Positions 15,521 to 24,521 of a stretch of DNA of 31,581 nucleotides are shown here, in pieces (position 1 is the first letter of the stretch; every line of letters begins with the position of its first letter). The stretch lies in the UHGV virus genome UHGV-1546770; one strand, written 5' to 3'. Source of the DNA: a virus. The notes beneath the pieces are model-generated. The model was given only the letters and a program-made list of their open reading frames with translations. It was not told where the DNA came from and searched no databases. The translations under genes and the position numbers were made by a program.

Positions 15521-15765
15521 CAGTCATATTTTCCCGCAATTTCATTCGCTTCTTCAATAGATACAGCATATCCACAAAATCGCTCACACCACTTATTTGT
15601 TTCTTTTTCTACTTCTTTATAATTGTTGTTAGGACTGTTCTTTTTCCAAGTTTCCCATATAAAAGAACAAATTTTTGCTGTAACATCATAAGTATCTTCG
15701 TTCCAGACTAATACAACAGGGATGCCCGTAACTGGACACTGGAAATCACTGCTTGTAAAATTCAT
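15511..15765 (-). CDS. hypothetical protein (84 aa)
   Basis: Intact ORF in series; short overlap with downstream gene. Confidence 0.5.
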   Translation of the reverse strand: MNFTSSDFQCPVTGIPVVLVWNEDTYDVTAKICSFIWETWKKNSPNNNYKEVEKETNKWCERFCGYAVSIEEANEIAGKYDCWF

Positions 15766-15780
15766 AATTAATCTCCTTTG

Positions 15781-16158
15781 TTATTTTACAAGTTTAACTC
15801 CAGATGATAATTTATAAGCACTTTCTTTTTTCTTCTTGGGAATTAAAATTGTATTTTGTCCTGCTATAAATTTGATATCTCCTCTGTGTGATAACAATTC
15901 TTTTGTAAGTTTAATGATGTGAGATGTTTGTGCTGCATTCATGTCTGCCATACCAATTATATGATACAAATCATCTTTCACAAACTTATCCATTTCGCTA
16001 ACTGCTGTTCTGCAAGACAAAATTGATTCATTAAGATCTTTTATTGTCATCTTACTTGTATCACGTGCATTTAAATTATACTTCGACAAGATAGTTTCAC
16101 ACTGCTCTATCTGCTTAGAAATATTTTCTACTATAATTTGATATTCTGAGTGCCTCAT
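15781..16158 (-). CDS. hypothetical protein (125 aa)
   Basis: Intact ORF in series. Confidence 0.5.
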   Translation of the reverse strand: MRHSEYQIIVENISKQIEQCETILSKYNLNARDTSKMTIKDLNESILSCRTAVSEMDKFVKDDLYHIIGMADMNAAQTSHIIKLTKELLSHRGDIKFIAGQNTILIPKKKKESAYKLSSGVKLVK

Positions 16159-16173
16159 TATTAATTCCCTTTC

Positions 16174-16458
16174 TTATTCCCAAATCACCTTCTGTTTAAG
16201 ACAGCCTTCATAAACATCTGGATAACTTACTTCTTCAATATTTGGCTTGTCTTTCCCTTTAAAGTTATTCCAAGCGGATCTTCCAAATGTAGTATGGCAC
16301 ACAGGACAACAATAATTTGCCATATCAATCTGATAACTATAAAGCAGGTCATCATCAGTCATGTCCATTCCATGGAACCAATTTTTACATTCTGGACACT
16401 GTACTGCAATATGCCGAATGGGAATGGGTTCATATTCAACTCTTACATTAAAATTCAT
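16174..16458 (-). CDS. hypothetical zinc-ribbon protein (94 aa)
   Basis: CPECKNW...CCPVCH motifs. Confidence 0.5.
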   Translation of the reverse strand: MNFNVRVEYEPIPIRHIAVQCPECKNWFHGMDMTDDDLLYSYQIDMANYCCPVCHTTFGRSAWNNFKGKDKPNIEEVSYPDVYEGCLKQKVIWE

Positions 16459-16636
16459 TACTTATGTCTCCAATTTTTAATTTTGATATTTGCGTATTCC
16501 ACGATCTCACAATATTCTTTATTTGTAATGCTGTCATCAAAGGCAGCACGTTCCTCAACTATTTCAGTCAATTCGTCAATATCATTTGCTTTATCAATCA
16601 AATCAAAATATTCTTGCATTTATTTTTTTACATCCT

Positions 16637-17266
16637 TTATTTCAATTTTTCATTCACATAAAATTCAGTACCCTTATGATAACACATCTGACATCCAAGA
16701 CAACTTTTTGCTCCACAATTCACACTTACATTATTCTCTTTAATATATTCTTTGTCATATACAGTAAAGACATGATCAACAAACCAAAATCTTTCCATAT
16801 TAAGTTTCATTACCTCATTCATCTTTGGGCTGCTAACTACCAAAGAAAGATTATCAGGTTTTGCAATTTTTCTTTCATTGAACACTCTATCACAAATTGC
16901 ATAATTCTTTGTCCAAATACCAAATGAGGTATATGGATTTCTATTACAAATGTTTACATAATTAATCAACTGTGTCTCATTTTCAATATCTCCAAACGCC
17001 TCAAATCTATAAATCAGATCATTTGTAACAGGGATTTCGTTCCCTTGCAGGATCTTGGTCTTAAGAATATGTCCATTCTCAATCAAATGCTCTTTCAGTG
17101 ACTTGCGCATCTTCATATAGGTGCTTGCATAACAATGACAGCACACTCCATCTTTATCCTTCTGTCTTGCAAGACAAAATTTATTATTTGCACAGCATGT
17201 CCCAATGCTCTTCATCCCATGTAGTTTTCCAGAATGATTTGTTTCCCAAACGATTCCGTTCATCAT
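16637..17266 (-). CDS. hypothetical Cys-rich protein (209 aa), possibly Gp37/Gp68-like
   Basis: N-terminal GTCCANNKFC...GVCCHCYA cluster and C-terminal CGAKSCLGCQMC; family assignment from memory only. Confidence 0.5.
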   Translation of the reverse strand: MMNGIVWETNHSGKLHGMKSIGTCCANNKFCLARQKDKDGVCCHCYASTYMKMRKSLKEHLIENGHILKTKILQGNEIPVTNDLIYRFEAFGDIENETQLINYVNICNRNPYTSFGIWTKNYAICDRVFNERKIAKPDNLSLVVSSPKMNEVMKLNMERFWFVDHVFTVYDKEYIKENNVSVNCGAKSCLGCQMCYHKGTEFYVNEKLK

Positions 17267-17284
17267 GATATATCCTTCCTTTCT

Positions 17285-17312
17285 ATTATATAATAATTTT
17301 ATATTCTGTTAA
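17285..17312 (-). promoter_or_regulatory. sigma70-type promoter (TTAACA-N16-TATAAT)
   Basis: Minus strand TTAACA gaatataaaattatta TATAAT directly after the terminator hairpin. Confidence 0.35.
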
Positions 17313-17343
17313 TAAAAGAGGCATAGATTTCTCTACGCCTCTT
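17309..17343 (-). terminator. putative intrinsic terminator
   Basis: 7-bp stem AAGAGGC/GCCTCTT followed on the minus strand by TTTTATT; downstream of 17354-17590. Confidence 0.45.
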
Positions 17344-17353
17344 GATATTTATT

Positions 17354-17590
17354 TTATTTAATTTTACTTACTGCTTCTTCTCTTGTTTTCCCGAAATTTG
17401 CTTCCTGAAGAATGCCAAGATAAGGGATGAATACCCAAATGTCATCATTATAATCACACCATTCAATAACTTTTTCTTTTAGAAGGTCTTCTACAGTTCC
17501 AACCAGTCCAAAACACACTTCCTTATCGGCAGTCCATACCTTACGAATGGTGCCATCGTAACCACGTTTCTTAAAAAATTTAAGTTCCAT
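17354..17590 (-). CDS. hypothetical protein (78 aa)
   Basis: Intact ORF in series. Confidence 0.5.
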   Translation of the reverse strand: MELKFFKKRGYDGTIRKVWTADKEVCFGLVGTVEDLLKEKVIEWCDYNDDIWVFIPYLGILQEANFGKTREEAVSKIK

Positions 17591-17603
17591 TTTTTAAATC
17601 CTT

Positions 17604-17990
17604 TCAGAATTTCAAAGTGTTTTCTGCAATCTCCGAAAGCATATGCGTAAAGTCTTCAACAACTTTACTCAACAGATATACATCTACCCAATCACCTTCA
17701 GACGTTGTGACCATATACCATCCGTCGCCTGAGTATTCTTCAATTCCATAAATGTCTCCATAATTGTAGCGCAAATATGTCATCAACATATTAAATTCAT
17801 TTTCCGAATTTACCTTATACGCAATATGAGTATACAGCCCATCATCTCCATAAGGAATTGGAACAACAAAATGTTTTAGATTAATGCTCTTGAATGTGTT
17901 CGCTTCATATTCCATACAGTCGCTATAGTTTGTAAATTCTTTTCCGTCAAGTGCCTGATATACAATGGTTTCCTTTTTAATTTTTTCCAT
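17604..17990 (-). CDS. hypothetical protein (128 aa)
   Basis: Intact ORF; AAGGAGACAAAGTAA before the ATG. Confidence 0.5.
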   Translation of the reverse strand: MEKIKKETIVYQALDGKEFTNYSDCMEYEANTFKSINLKHFVVPIPYGDDGLYTHIAYKVNSENEFNMLMTYLRYNYGDIYGIEEYSGDGWYMVTTSEGDWVDVYLLSKVVEDFTHMLSEIAENTLKF

Positions 17991-18063
17991 TTACTTTGTC
18001 TCCTTATTCAATTTAAATCCATCAAAGTTGTCAATTGTATCATATTAAAATTACATTTTTAAT

Positions 18064-18231
18064 TTACTGCCGTACTGCTGTAATATTAATATCGTTTTTC
18101 TTTGCTTTATACTTTCTGCTTGCCTTTGTTTTTGCTTTGTCCCATGCTTCGTCAAGGCCATTCGCCTTTACTTTAATATCTTCTCTAAACATAGGCTCAT
18201 AACAGTTACAAGTCAGAATAAATTCTTTCAT
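18064..18231 (-). CDS. small hypothetical protein (~55 aa), below the ORF-track cutoff
   Basis: ATG preceded by AAACGGAGGATTTAATT; reads MKEFILTCNCYEPMFREDIKVKANGLDEAWDK...; coordinates hand-counted. Confidence 0.3.
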   Translation of the reverse strand: MKEFILTCNCYEPMFREDIKVKANGLDEAWDKAKTKASRKYKAKKNDINITAVRQ

Positions 18232-18246
18232 AATTAAATCCTCCGT

Positions 18247-18477
18247 TTAATTATCTCCATCACTATCATCCATCTGATTTCCGTTATACCATTTTCTCAA
18301 ATAGTCAATATCGGTACAATCCACTTCCCAAGTGCCGCCCATAAACATTCCATCATCAGGGATTGGGATAATACCTGCATCATCTTTTGCGATTTCAATT
18401 GCCTCATCAAGTGTCTTCGCTTCTACATTTACCGTTCCCATCATTGTCCAGCACACAGGGATATTCCAAGTTTTCAT
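18247..18477 (-). CDS. hypothetical protein (76 aa)
   Basis: Intact ORF; stop adjacent to the start of the downstream gene. Confidence 0.5.
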   Translation of the reverse strand: MKTWNIPVCWTMMGTVNVEAKTLDEAIEIAKDDAGIIPIPDDGMFMGGTWEVDCTDIDYLRKWYNGNQMDDSDGDN

Positions 18478-18966
18478 TTACTCATCCTCCTCAAGAATCC
18501 AGTCATATCCAAGCCATTTAATTTCATCATCAGAAAAACCAATCGCATACACATCTCTACGAGCAATTTCAAGTTCTACATTTCCATTGTCTGTACAATA
18601 ATCAATTGCATTTTGGAGCAATTCCATGGCTCTTTTATGTGTAATATATCCCAAATTATTTGTCTTGTCTGGAATGATTTCATTTCCATCCTCGTCTTCA
18701 TCGCCTTCAACCCACCAAGACTCCCACATATTATAGGTCTCACTTAGACGTTCCATCATAAACTCTTCACAGCAAGAATCTTCAACATATGCTCTATAAT
18801 CAGGATCTTCAATTTCTTCTGTGCTATGCCATTCATAATAATATCCATCCAGCATATCAAGGATCTCTTTTTCGAGATATTTATATGCATCATCCCATTT
18901 AATGCACAATTCTCTTTCAAAACAATTTACAAAATATCGTGTAATCATATTATTTGCTCCTTTCAC
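18478..18966 (-). CDS. hypothetical acidic protein (162 aa)
   Basis: Intact ORF, acidic and Trp/Tyr-rich. Confidence 0.55.
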   Translation of the reverse strand: MKGANNMITRYFVNCFERELCIKWDDAYKYLEKEILDMLDGYYYEWHSTEEIEDPDYRAYVEDSCCEEFMMERLSETYNMWESWWVEGDEDEDGNEIIPDKTNNLGYITHKRAMELLQNAIDYCTDNGNVELEIARRDVYAIGFSDDEIKWLGYDWILEEDE

Positions 18967-19162
18967 TCTTAATAAATGCTTTCTTTGCTTCTACATCCAA
19001 CAGTTCACCACATGGTTTATATGGATCGTGCTTAATGCACTCAATATCTTTAAGCATCAGTTCAAATGCATCCTTGTGGCTTTTCCCTTGCTTCATCCAG
19101 AAGTTGTAACACTCTTGCGAGAATTGATTTAATATTTCCATTGTGTTTTCTTTACTCAACAT
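18950..19162 (-). CDS. hypothetical protein (70 aa)
   Basis: Intact ORF; AGAAAGGAGATTAATAA before the ATG. Confidence 0.5.
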   Translation of the reverse strand: MLSKENTMEILNQFSQECYNFWMKQGKSHKDAFELMLKDIECIKHDPYKPCGELLDVEAKKAFIKSERSK

Positions 19163-19180
19163 TTATTAATCTCCTTTCTA

Positions 19181-19212
19181 TTTTATAAAAGGGGCTTTGT
19201 TCAAGCCCCTTT
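19181..19212 (-). terminator. putative intrinsic terminator or attenuator hairpin
   Basis: Perfect 10-bp inverted repeat AAAGGGGCTT/AAGCCCCTTT with 5-nt loop, followed on the minus strand by TATAAAAT. Confidence 0.45.
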
Positions 19213-19231
19213 AAGAATAATTTTGTATTGT

Positions 19232-19912
19232 TTACCAGCTACTCACGTAATAAATAGCTTGCGTTTCAAAGTCAGTGATTGCAAGAACATTTTCAATAAT
19301 CTTAATGGTGTCAACAATATCGTTTACATAATACTCGTCGTAATCGCACCCTCCGAAAAAGAATCCATCACAACAAGGAAGCAACTCATCTGCAACACTT
19401 GCATCAATTACGACTTTGCCATCTTCATAAATCGGTTCCCATCCATTAGGAGTTCCCTTATCTCCGTTATGCACTTTCCCATAAGTCATTGTGCAAGAAT
19501 CAAGCACTGTTTTACAGACACCGAGAAGGTTTTCAAGGATCTCCTTTGTACACTCATGATGATAATCACAATCATCATCTCCGTCTTGAACGTTGGTTAC
19601 GAACCAATTATGAATCTGATTTGCTTTTCTCCAATATCCAACCTGCTCCATAATTCTGCTATATCCATACTTATGTTCAGTGTCCCAAGCGGAATAGCGT
19701 TTCTTATAGAAAGATTTATAAAATTCAATTACATCCTTGCCCGGAAGCTCGCTTTCATCAATACCGCACCATTCCTTAAATGTGCAGTCTGCGTATTTAC
19801 TTCCTTCTCTCTTTGCTTTCATCCAATCGAAATAATTTTCAATTGCACTTACCTCGCTTGCAGTAGTGTTTTTGTAACGAGGCATCCTATTGAGATACTG
19901 GTCAAGTCCCAT
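19232..19912 (-). CDS. hypothetical protein (226 aa)
   Basis: Intact ORF; plus-strand ORF 19223-19918 is its shadow. Confidence 0.6.
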   Translation of the reverse strand: MGLDQYLNRMPRYKNTTASEVSAIENYFDWMKAKREGSKYADCTFKEWCGIDESELPGKDVIEFYKSFYKKRYSAWDTEHKYGYSRIMEQVGYWRKANQIHNWFVTNVQDGDDDCDYHHECTKEILENLLGVCKTVLDSCTMTYGKVHNGDKGTPNGWEPIYEDGKVVIDASVADELLPCCDGFFFGGCDYDEYYVNDIVDTIKIIENVLAITDFETQAIYYVSSW

Positions 19913-19932
19913 TTTTAAATCCTCCTTTTATT

Positions 19933-20349
19933 TTAACCGAAATAAGTACCAACAATATGACAAATATGTTTTCTATAGTCGAAATCATTGGGAAAATATT
20001 TATTGAACTTATTTCTAAATTCGCTTTCAAGTTCTTCCATATTTGCATATGCAGTTTTGAACAAAGTGCCATAATTTTGTGTCGGTACATAATAGATCGT
20101 ATCGTCATTATATGCTTCACTGGAATTATAATCGTCGTTTCCGTTGTCATCAATTACCATTGCTTCGCCAGTAAATCCACTGATATACTCTATGACTCCT
20201 TCTTCGTACAATGCATCATTAAAGCTATATTCGTCATCATTATATTTCTCTTCTGTGTATTCTCTATAATACTTTGAACAAATAGTTTTCAACATCTCCC
20301 TTGTCATCACAAGACCGTAATCATTAACTGCATAATATCTCATACTCAT
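19933..20349 (-). CDS. hypothetical protein (138 aa)
   Basis: AAAGGAGG RBS before the ATG; acidic, Tyr-rich. Confidence 0.55.
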   Translation of the reverse strand: MSMRYYAVNDYGLVMTREMLKTICSKYYREYTEEKYNDDEYSFNDALYEEGVIEYISGFTGEAMVIDDNGNDDYNSSEAYNDDTIYYVPTQNYGTLFKTAYANMEELESEFRNKFNKYFPNDFDYRKHICHIVGTYFG

Positions 20350-20363
20350 AATAAAATCCTCCT

Positions 20364-20573
20364 TTAATATTTTATTTCTCTTTCATTCATTAGCCAGCCA
20401 ACGCCTTTGCTATGATTCTCGTCAAACCAATGCCAAATTTCTTCTCTATGAGTTCCTTTACTCCAATTACGCCAATCAATGTCAATACATTCATTCTCGT
20501 CGATAGGAACATCTTCAAGTTCATCCCACATGGATTCAAGAAATTCATCATTATATTTGTGATAAATACTCAT
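20364..20573 (-). CDS. hypothetical protein (69 aa)
   Basis: Intact ORF in series. Confidence 0.5.
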   Translation of the reverse strand: MSIYHKYNDEFLESMWDELEDVPIDENECIDIDWRNWSKGTHREEIWHWFDENHSKGVGWLMNEREIKY

Positions 20574-20587
20574 TTACTTTTCCCCTT

Positions 20588-20788
20588 TTAAATTGTAATC
20601 ACAAGACAATCCCATCCGTCAAAGTCAATGCAAGATGAAATTCTATTAACTTCTATTTCTCCATATTCCTGCATAATATATTCGATAAACCATTTGTCAA
20701 CGTCTTTGTTCTTTTTACAATCATAGATAATTGCCGTTTGAATCCGCTCTCTGCTACACAGGATAGATTTAAGTTCTTTTAGTTTCAT
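20588..20788 (-). CDS. hypothetical protein (66 aa)
   Basis: Intact ORF in series. Confidence 0.45.
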   Translation of the reverse strand: MKLKELKSILCSRERIQTAIIYDCKKNKDVDKWFIEYIMQEYGEIEVNRISSCIDFDGWDCLVITI

Positions 20789-20815
20789 TTGCCGACTTCT
20801 TTAATTTTGTTTTGT

Positions 20816-21388
20816 TTAAACTACAATCTTAAATCCACGACGTTCGGCTTCTGCAATTAGGTCATAATCTGAAATATCTTTAAGACTTCGAATACGCATT
20901 CCGTATTTAACGGTTACTACATTATCCTTGACATAAATCGTACCGAAATCATTTATGTCCTCTCCCTGAAACTCGATCTCTCCGTTACAGATATATCCGC
21001 TTGGAGCAATGAAATTATCAATCAGATACACAAGCCATTCTGCATAATTATAAAACTTATCTCCGCCATCCCATACCAAGTTTTCATCGTCATCAATCAT
21101 CCACTGACACCAAAGACTAGGCTGCGTTTTAGGAGGGGCATTATACCCTACAATTGAATCATCTACATCTTGCCCCAGAAATCCATTTCCGCCAACGAAG
21201 TACTCACCATCGACTCCAAGATTTCCATTGAAACAATTTTTATCCCAATCAGGGAAGATTTTCTTAATCTTTTCCACATCTCGCTTCATGCGACGAGTTG
21301 CACTAAATTTGTTGATGTAATTTTTAAGTTCATCAGCAATAGGCTTATTGAAAGACACGCTACCGTAGAAATCCGTAGAATAACCCAT
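20816..21388 (-). CDS. hypothetical protein (190 aa)
   Basis: Intact ORF; AGGAGG-type RBS. Confidence 0.55.
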   Translation of the reverse strand: MGYSTDFYGSVSFNKPIADELKNYINKFSATRRMKRDVEKIKKIFPDWDKNCFNGNLGVDGEYFVGGNGFLGQDVDDSIVGYNAPPKTQPSLWCQWMIDDDENLVWDGGDKFYNYAEWLVYLIDNFIAPSGYICNGEIEFQGEDINDFGTIYVKDNVVTVKYGMRIRSLKDISDYDLIAEAERRGFKIVV

Positions 21389-21407
21389 ATTAAATTTCCT
21401 CCTTTAA

Positions 21408-21890
21408 TTACTTACAAACTTTTTCAATATATGCGTAAAATTCTCTTTCAAACTCATCAAACTTCTTAATGAAGGTCTCCATGTGATACAACCTAGGTTC
21501 TACAATTGCCATTGTTTTTCTGTTCAATCCAGACGTATACTCTCCGTTAGTTCTAAAATCTACATCTCCGCAGGCACCTCCTGCATCAATTCCAAGCATC
21601 GTAATCGGATTCCCATATAAAAATCCTACAAGATGCGACCAACTGTTTGTGTAGAACATACCAGTATCATATCCTTCATGTCCTCCCCATCCTCTTTTAT
21701 TGAAGTCAATTCCGTTGTCCTTTGCATAATTTGCAAGTTTAATTAAATCGTCAATTCTTGGCTTGAGTTCTTTAATTTTTGCAAGCGCAATATCAAATCT
21801 GTTCTTTGTTTCGATTTCCTTTTGTCTTGCCTTGTCTTTATCATTACCTACCTTTTTGTCGATCATGCTCATCATTTCATTAACATTCAT
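21408..21890 (-). CDS. hypothetical protein (160 aa)
   Basis: Intact ORF in series. Confidence 0.55.
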   Translation of the reverse strand: MNVNEMMSMIDKKVGNDKDKARQKEIETKNRFDIALAKIKELKPRIDDLIKLANYAKDNGIDFNKRGWGGHEGYDTGMFYTNSWSHLVGFLYGNPITMLGIDAGGACGDVDFRTNGEYTSGLNRKTMAIVEPRLYHMETFIKKFDEFEREFYAYIEKVCK

Positions 21891-21905
21891 TTTTTAAATC
21901 ATCCT

Positions 21906-22217
21906 TTAATTTTCTTCAGAACAAATATCCATGATTGTATCAACCAAATTCTGCAAAGAATTCACTCCATACCCATGTAGCAGAATCATTAACTCTCCAG
22001 TTTCATGATTTCTCAGTTCACAACAATGTGTCCATCCATCTTCATCAAGATAATCGAAAGAAATGTCAAGTTCGTTTCCGTTAATAGAATTAATGTCATA
22101 AGTCACAATCCTTGTGTCAAAAGATTTCGGTCTTCTTCCTCCCCCATTCCAATTAGTAGGATTCATTTTATCCAAAAAATCATTTGCAATTTTTTCTGTC
22201 TTTTCTCTGTTGAACAA
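21906..22217 (-). CDS. hypothetical protein (103 aa)
   Basis: Intact ORF in series. Confidence 0.5.
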   Translation of the reverse strand: MFNREKTEKIANDFLDKMNPTNWNGGGRRPKSFDTRIVTYDINSINGNELDISFDYLDEDGWTHCCELRNHETGELMILLHGYGVNSLQNLVDTIMDICSEEN

Positions 22218-22253
22218 AATTAAATCCTCATTTAATTTTATATCGTTTAATAA

Positions 22254-22694
22254 TTAATAATCGCATCGTGTTGTATAATCAGGATTATTAAGCATTTGCT
22301 CTGCCATTTCCATGCCAACATCTGTAATGTCTCTATACTTATATCCTTTGCTGGTTATTACAGCTACACTACCAACAACATAACGTAACTTTTCATTACC
22401 TGATTCGAAAATCAATATTGCATCATCTTCCGTTACATTCGCCATCAATCCATCAATAAAGTTATCGTATGCAATATCCCATGCTTCATCATTATCCGCA
22501 TAATCTTCTTTGCTATTAAAATATCCACTAATTCCGCCATAACATCCAAATCCATAAGTTTGATTTCCGTTGGAATCTATTCCGTTAAATACTTTCAAAT
22601 CCTCTCCATAAACATGGGACATAAATTCTTCGAATTTCTTATTGTCTTTTACATGAAAGTAATTTGTTCTAATTGTGCAATTATAATTTGCCAT
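22254..22694 (-). CDS. hypothetical protein (146 aa)
   Basis: AAGGAG RBS before the ATG. Confidence 0.55.
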   Translation of the reverse strand: MANYNCTIRTNYFHVKDNKKFEEFMSHVYGEDLKVFNGIDSNGNQTYGFGCYGGISGYFNSKEDYADNDEAWDIAYDNFIDGLMANVTEDDAILIFESGNEKLRYVVGSVAVITSKGYKYRDITDVGMEMAEQMLNNPDYTTRCDY

Positions 22695-22784
22695 AAAATC
22701 ATGCTCCTTAAATATTCATTATTTACACACTAATCACAATGTAGTTTCATTTGTTTTTTATCCTTTCTAATAAGGGCTGGAGCA

Positions 22785-23762
22785 TTAAGCTCCAACCCCA
22801 ACCTTTGCGTTAATCAGCTTGACGAACTCGTCCATCCATGCATGACCATCCATAATCTTTCCCCACCGGTTTTCTTCATAGTTTGCAGTGTTTCTGTTCG
22901 GAGCGCTATGACCAATCATATCACTCATCGCATTCACAGCGCCCCATGCAGTTCCTTTGAACTTAGCAATATCGGGCATGAAGTAGCAGATAGAATAGTT
23001 ATCTTTTACTTTCTGAATGTTTGCTTTCTTGCGATCAGAATCATTTTCCGTTACAGGGAACATCTGGTCAAGGATTTCATTGATCTGCTCAAAGTCAAGT
23101 TTGATATTCGCAAGTCTATCTGCCTCTTCGTCAAGTGCATCCATATAAAGATTTGCCATGCCCAAACAATGTCTCGCTTCTTCAAGCTTCTCGTCAAGAT
23201 TCCCAATATGCTTTGTGCTCCAAGAACGCTGAGCAGTATTGAGTGCAAGTGAGAGAGTATTATTGCAAACGACTCGAATTGGAGTCATGCCAATCTTGAT
23301 CGCTCCAGTTCCGTCATGAGAATTAGAGAACACCATATAAGGTTCCACATCATCATCAAGCACTTTCTTAGTCGGCATCTTTGCAAGCAGCCAAACTCTT
23401 TTCCCTCCGTTGAGAGAACCTGCGGTTTCATAGCGAACAATTCCATCTTCCGTTTCACCAACAATTGCATCAGTGAAAGAAAATGCGTCTACATTCTGTA
23501 CAATTTTATATCTATTCGTTACAATGCCAAGCACAGTTTTATCATCACTTCTGATGTTTGCTTTGTAGTTCTTGATTTCCGTTCCATCATCCATAAAGAC
23601 AGGAGTCTGTTCAACAGTCCAATCAAGCCCTGCCAGTTTGAGCGCTTCTGCACTGTTGGGAGCATCCGCAAGGATTTTGCATCTATCCTGCGTCTCCATA
23701 TAATGCCAAGGTTTCTCGCGTACACTAAACATGCTGTCGTTCATTTCAATGCAATGAGCCAT
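22785..23762 (-). CDS. DUF932 / TIGR03299-like phage-plasmid protein (start trimmed from track ORF 22785-23882)
   Basis: Motif MVFSNSHDGTGAIKIGMTPIRVVCNNTL matches the family signature as recalled from memory; internal ATG at 23760-23762 preceded by AAAGGAG. Confidence 0.55.
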   Translation of the reverse strand: MAHCIEMNDSMFSVREKPWHYMETQDRCKILADAPNSAEALKLAGLDWTVEQTPVFMDDGTEIKNYKANIRSDDKTVLGIVTNRYKIVQNVDAFSFTDAIVGETEDGIVRYETAGSLNGGKRVWLLAKMPTKKVLDDDVEPYMVFSNSHDGTGAIKIGMTPIRVVCNNTLSLALNTAQRSWSTKHIGNLDEKLEEARHCLGMANLYMDALDEEADRLANIKLDFEQINEILDQMFPVTENDSDRKKANIQKVKDNYSICYFMPDIAKFKGTAWGAVNAMSDMIGHSAPNRNTANYEENRWGKIMDGHAWMDEFVKLINAKVGVGA

Positions 23763-23994
23763 AATTCTTATCTCCTTTAACAAAATACATATTGATTCTT
23801 GCTTTTCTTGCTTTTCTTTTTTTCTTTTTTGCCGCACGCTGTTTCCAAACAGGATGGTCTGGGTACATTTCAAAACAATCACATTGTTTTTGCAAGCATC
23901 TTTTTCGTTCTACTTGATTCCATGTCGCTCCCTTGTCATGAAAATGGCAGTAACCACACACATTGTCGCTTTCTGACCCATACAAGCAAAGCAT
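23746..23994 (-). CDS. hypothetical zinc-ribbon protein with basic tail (82 aa)
   Basis: AAAAGGAGG RBS; CGYCHFHD...CDCF motifs and a KKKKRKARKAR stretch; 17-nt overlap with the downstream gene. Confidence 0.5.
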   Translation of the reverse strand: MLCLYGSESDNVCGYCHFHDKGATWNQVERKRCLQKQCDCFEMYPDHPVWKQRAAKKKKRKARKARINMYFVKGDKNYGSLH

Positions 23995-24105
23995 TATATA
24001 CCTCCTTTTCTTTGCAATATTTTTGTATTGTATAAGACAAGGTGCAAAAGCCTCATCTTCCTTAACGACTCTTATATCAAGAACAGATGTTTCTTATAAA
24101 TCATT

Positions 24106-24519
24106 TTACGCAATGCGTACAAGTCCACCAAATCTGCCTTGCACCGCAATGCTGCCAAACTCACTGAAATAATCTACTGTTGTGTTCCACACATAGGCGA
24201 ACACATATCCATCTTTGATGTCTTCATTTTCCATTTCCCACTCCTCATCATAATCAGACACAAACAAGAAATTGTACATATCCATTTCCATTGTAGGAGT
24301 ATGAATTACATGATACACAAGTGCATTATGTTCCTTTTCAAACTCATGCACTTTTTCTGTGAGTTCTTTGTTGCTACTAAATTCATACAAGCCACCTGTC
24401 TGTTCAGTAAGCTGCACTTCATCTCTGTTCTTAAATGCCTTAATGCATGGAGCAAAGAGTCCAAGTGCTTCCATGCGTTTTATAGCTTCTTCTTTTTTAA
24501 TTTCTCTTGATATGTTCAT
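24106..24519 (-). CDS. hypothetical protein (137 aa)
   Basis: Intact ORF; start 3 nt from the upstream gene stop. Confidence 0.55.
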   Translation of the reverse strand: MNISREIKKEEAIKRMEALGLFAPCIKAFKNRDEVQLTEQTGGLYEFSSNKELTEKVHEFEKEHNALVYHVIHTPTMEMDMYNFLFVSDYDEEWEMENEDIKDGYVFAYVWNTTVDYFSEFGSIAVQGRFGGLVRIA

Positions 24520-24521
24520 AT

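Noticed and set aside
19223-19918. Plus-strand ORFs of 231 aa (19223-19918) and 294 aa (27352-28236)
   Set aside because: They are shadow ORFs antisense to well-supported minus-strand genes; the first starts at TTG, neither has an RBS, and both translate to hydrophobic low-complexity sequence typical of antisense frames in AT-rich DNA.
19902-20153. ORF 19902-20153 (83 aa) and ORF 30545-30742 (65 aa)
   Set aside because: They overlap better-supported neighbours (19933-20349, 30573-30770) in other frames and have hydrophobic or low-complexity translations.
7172-23725. Internal or alternative-frame minus-strand ORFs (7172-7477, 10598-10789, 11553-11750, 13918-14220, 23051-23248, 23285-23470, 23519-23725, 25316-25588, 26275-26493, 26503-26703, 26785-26994, 27252-27662, 27813-28031, 29079-29327)
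   Set aside because: Each is nested inside a longer, better-supported ORF on the same strand in another frame, with no independent start signal.
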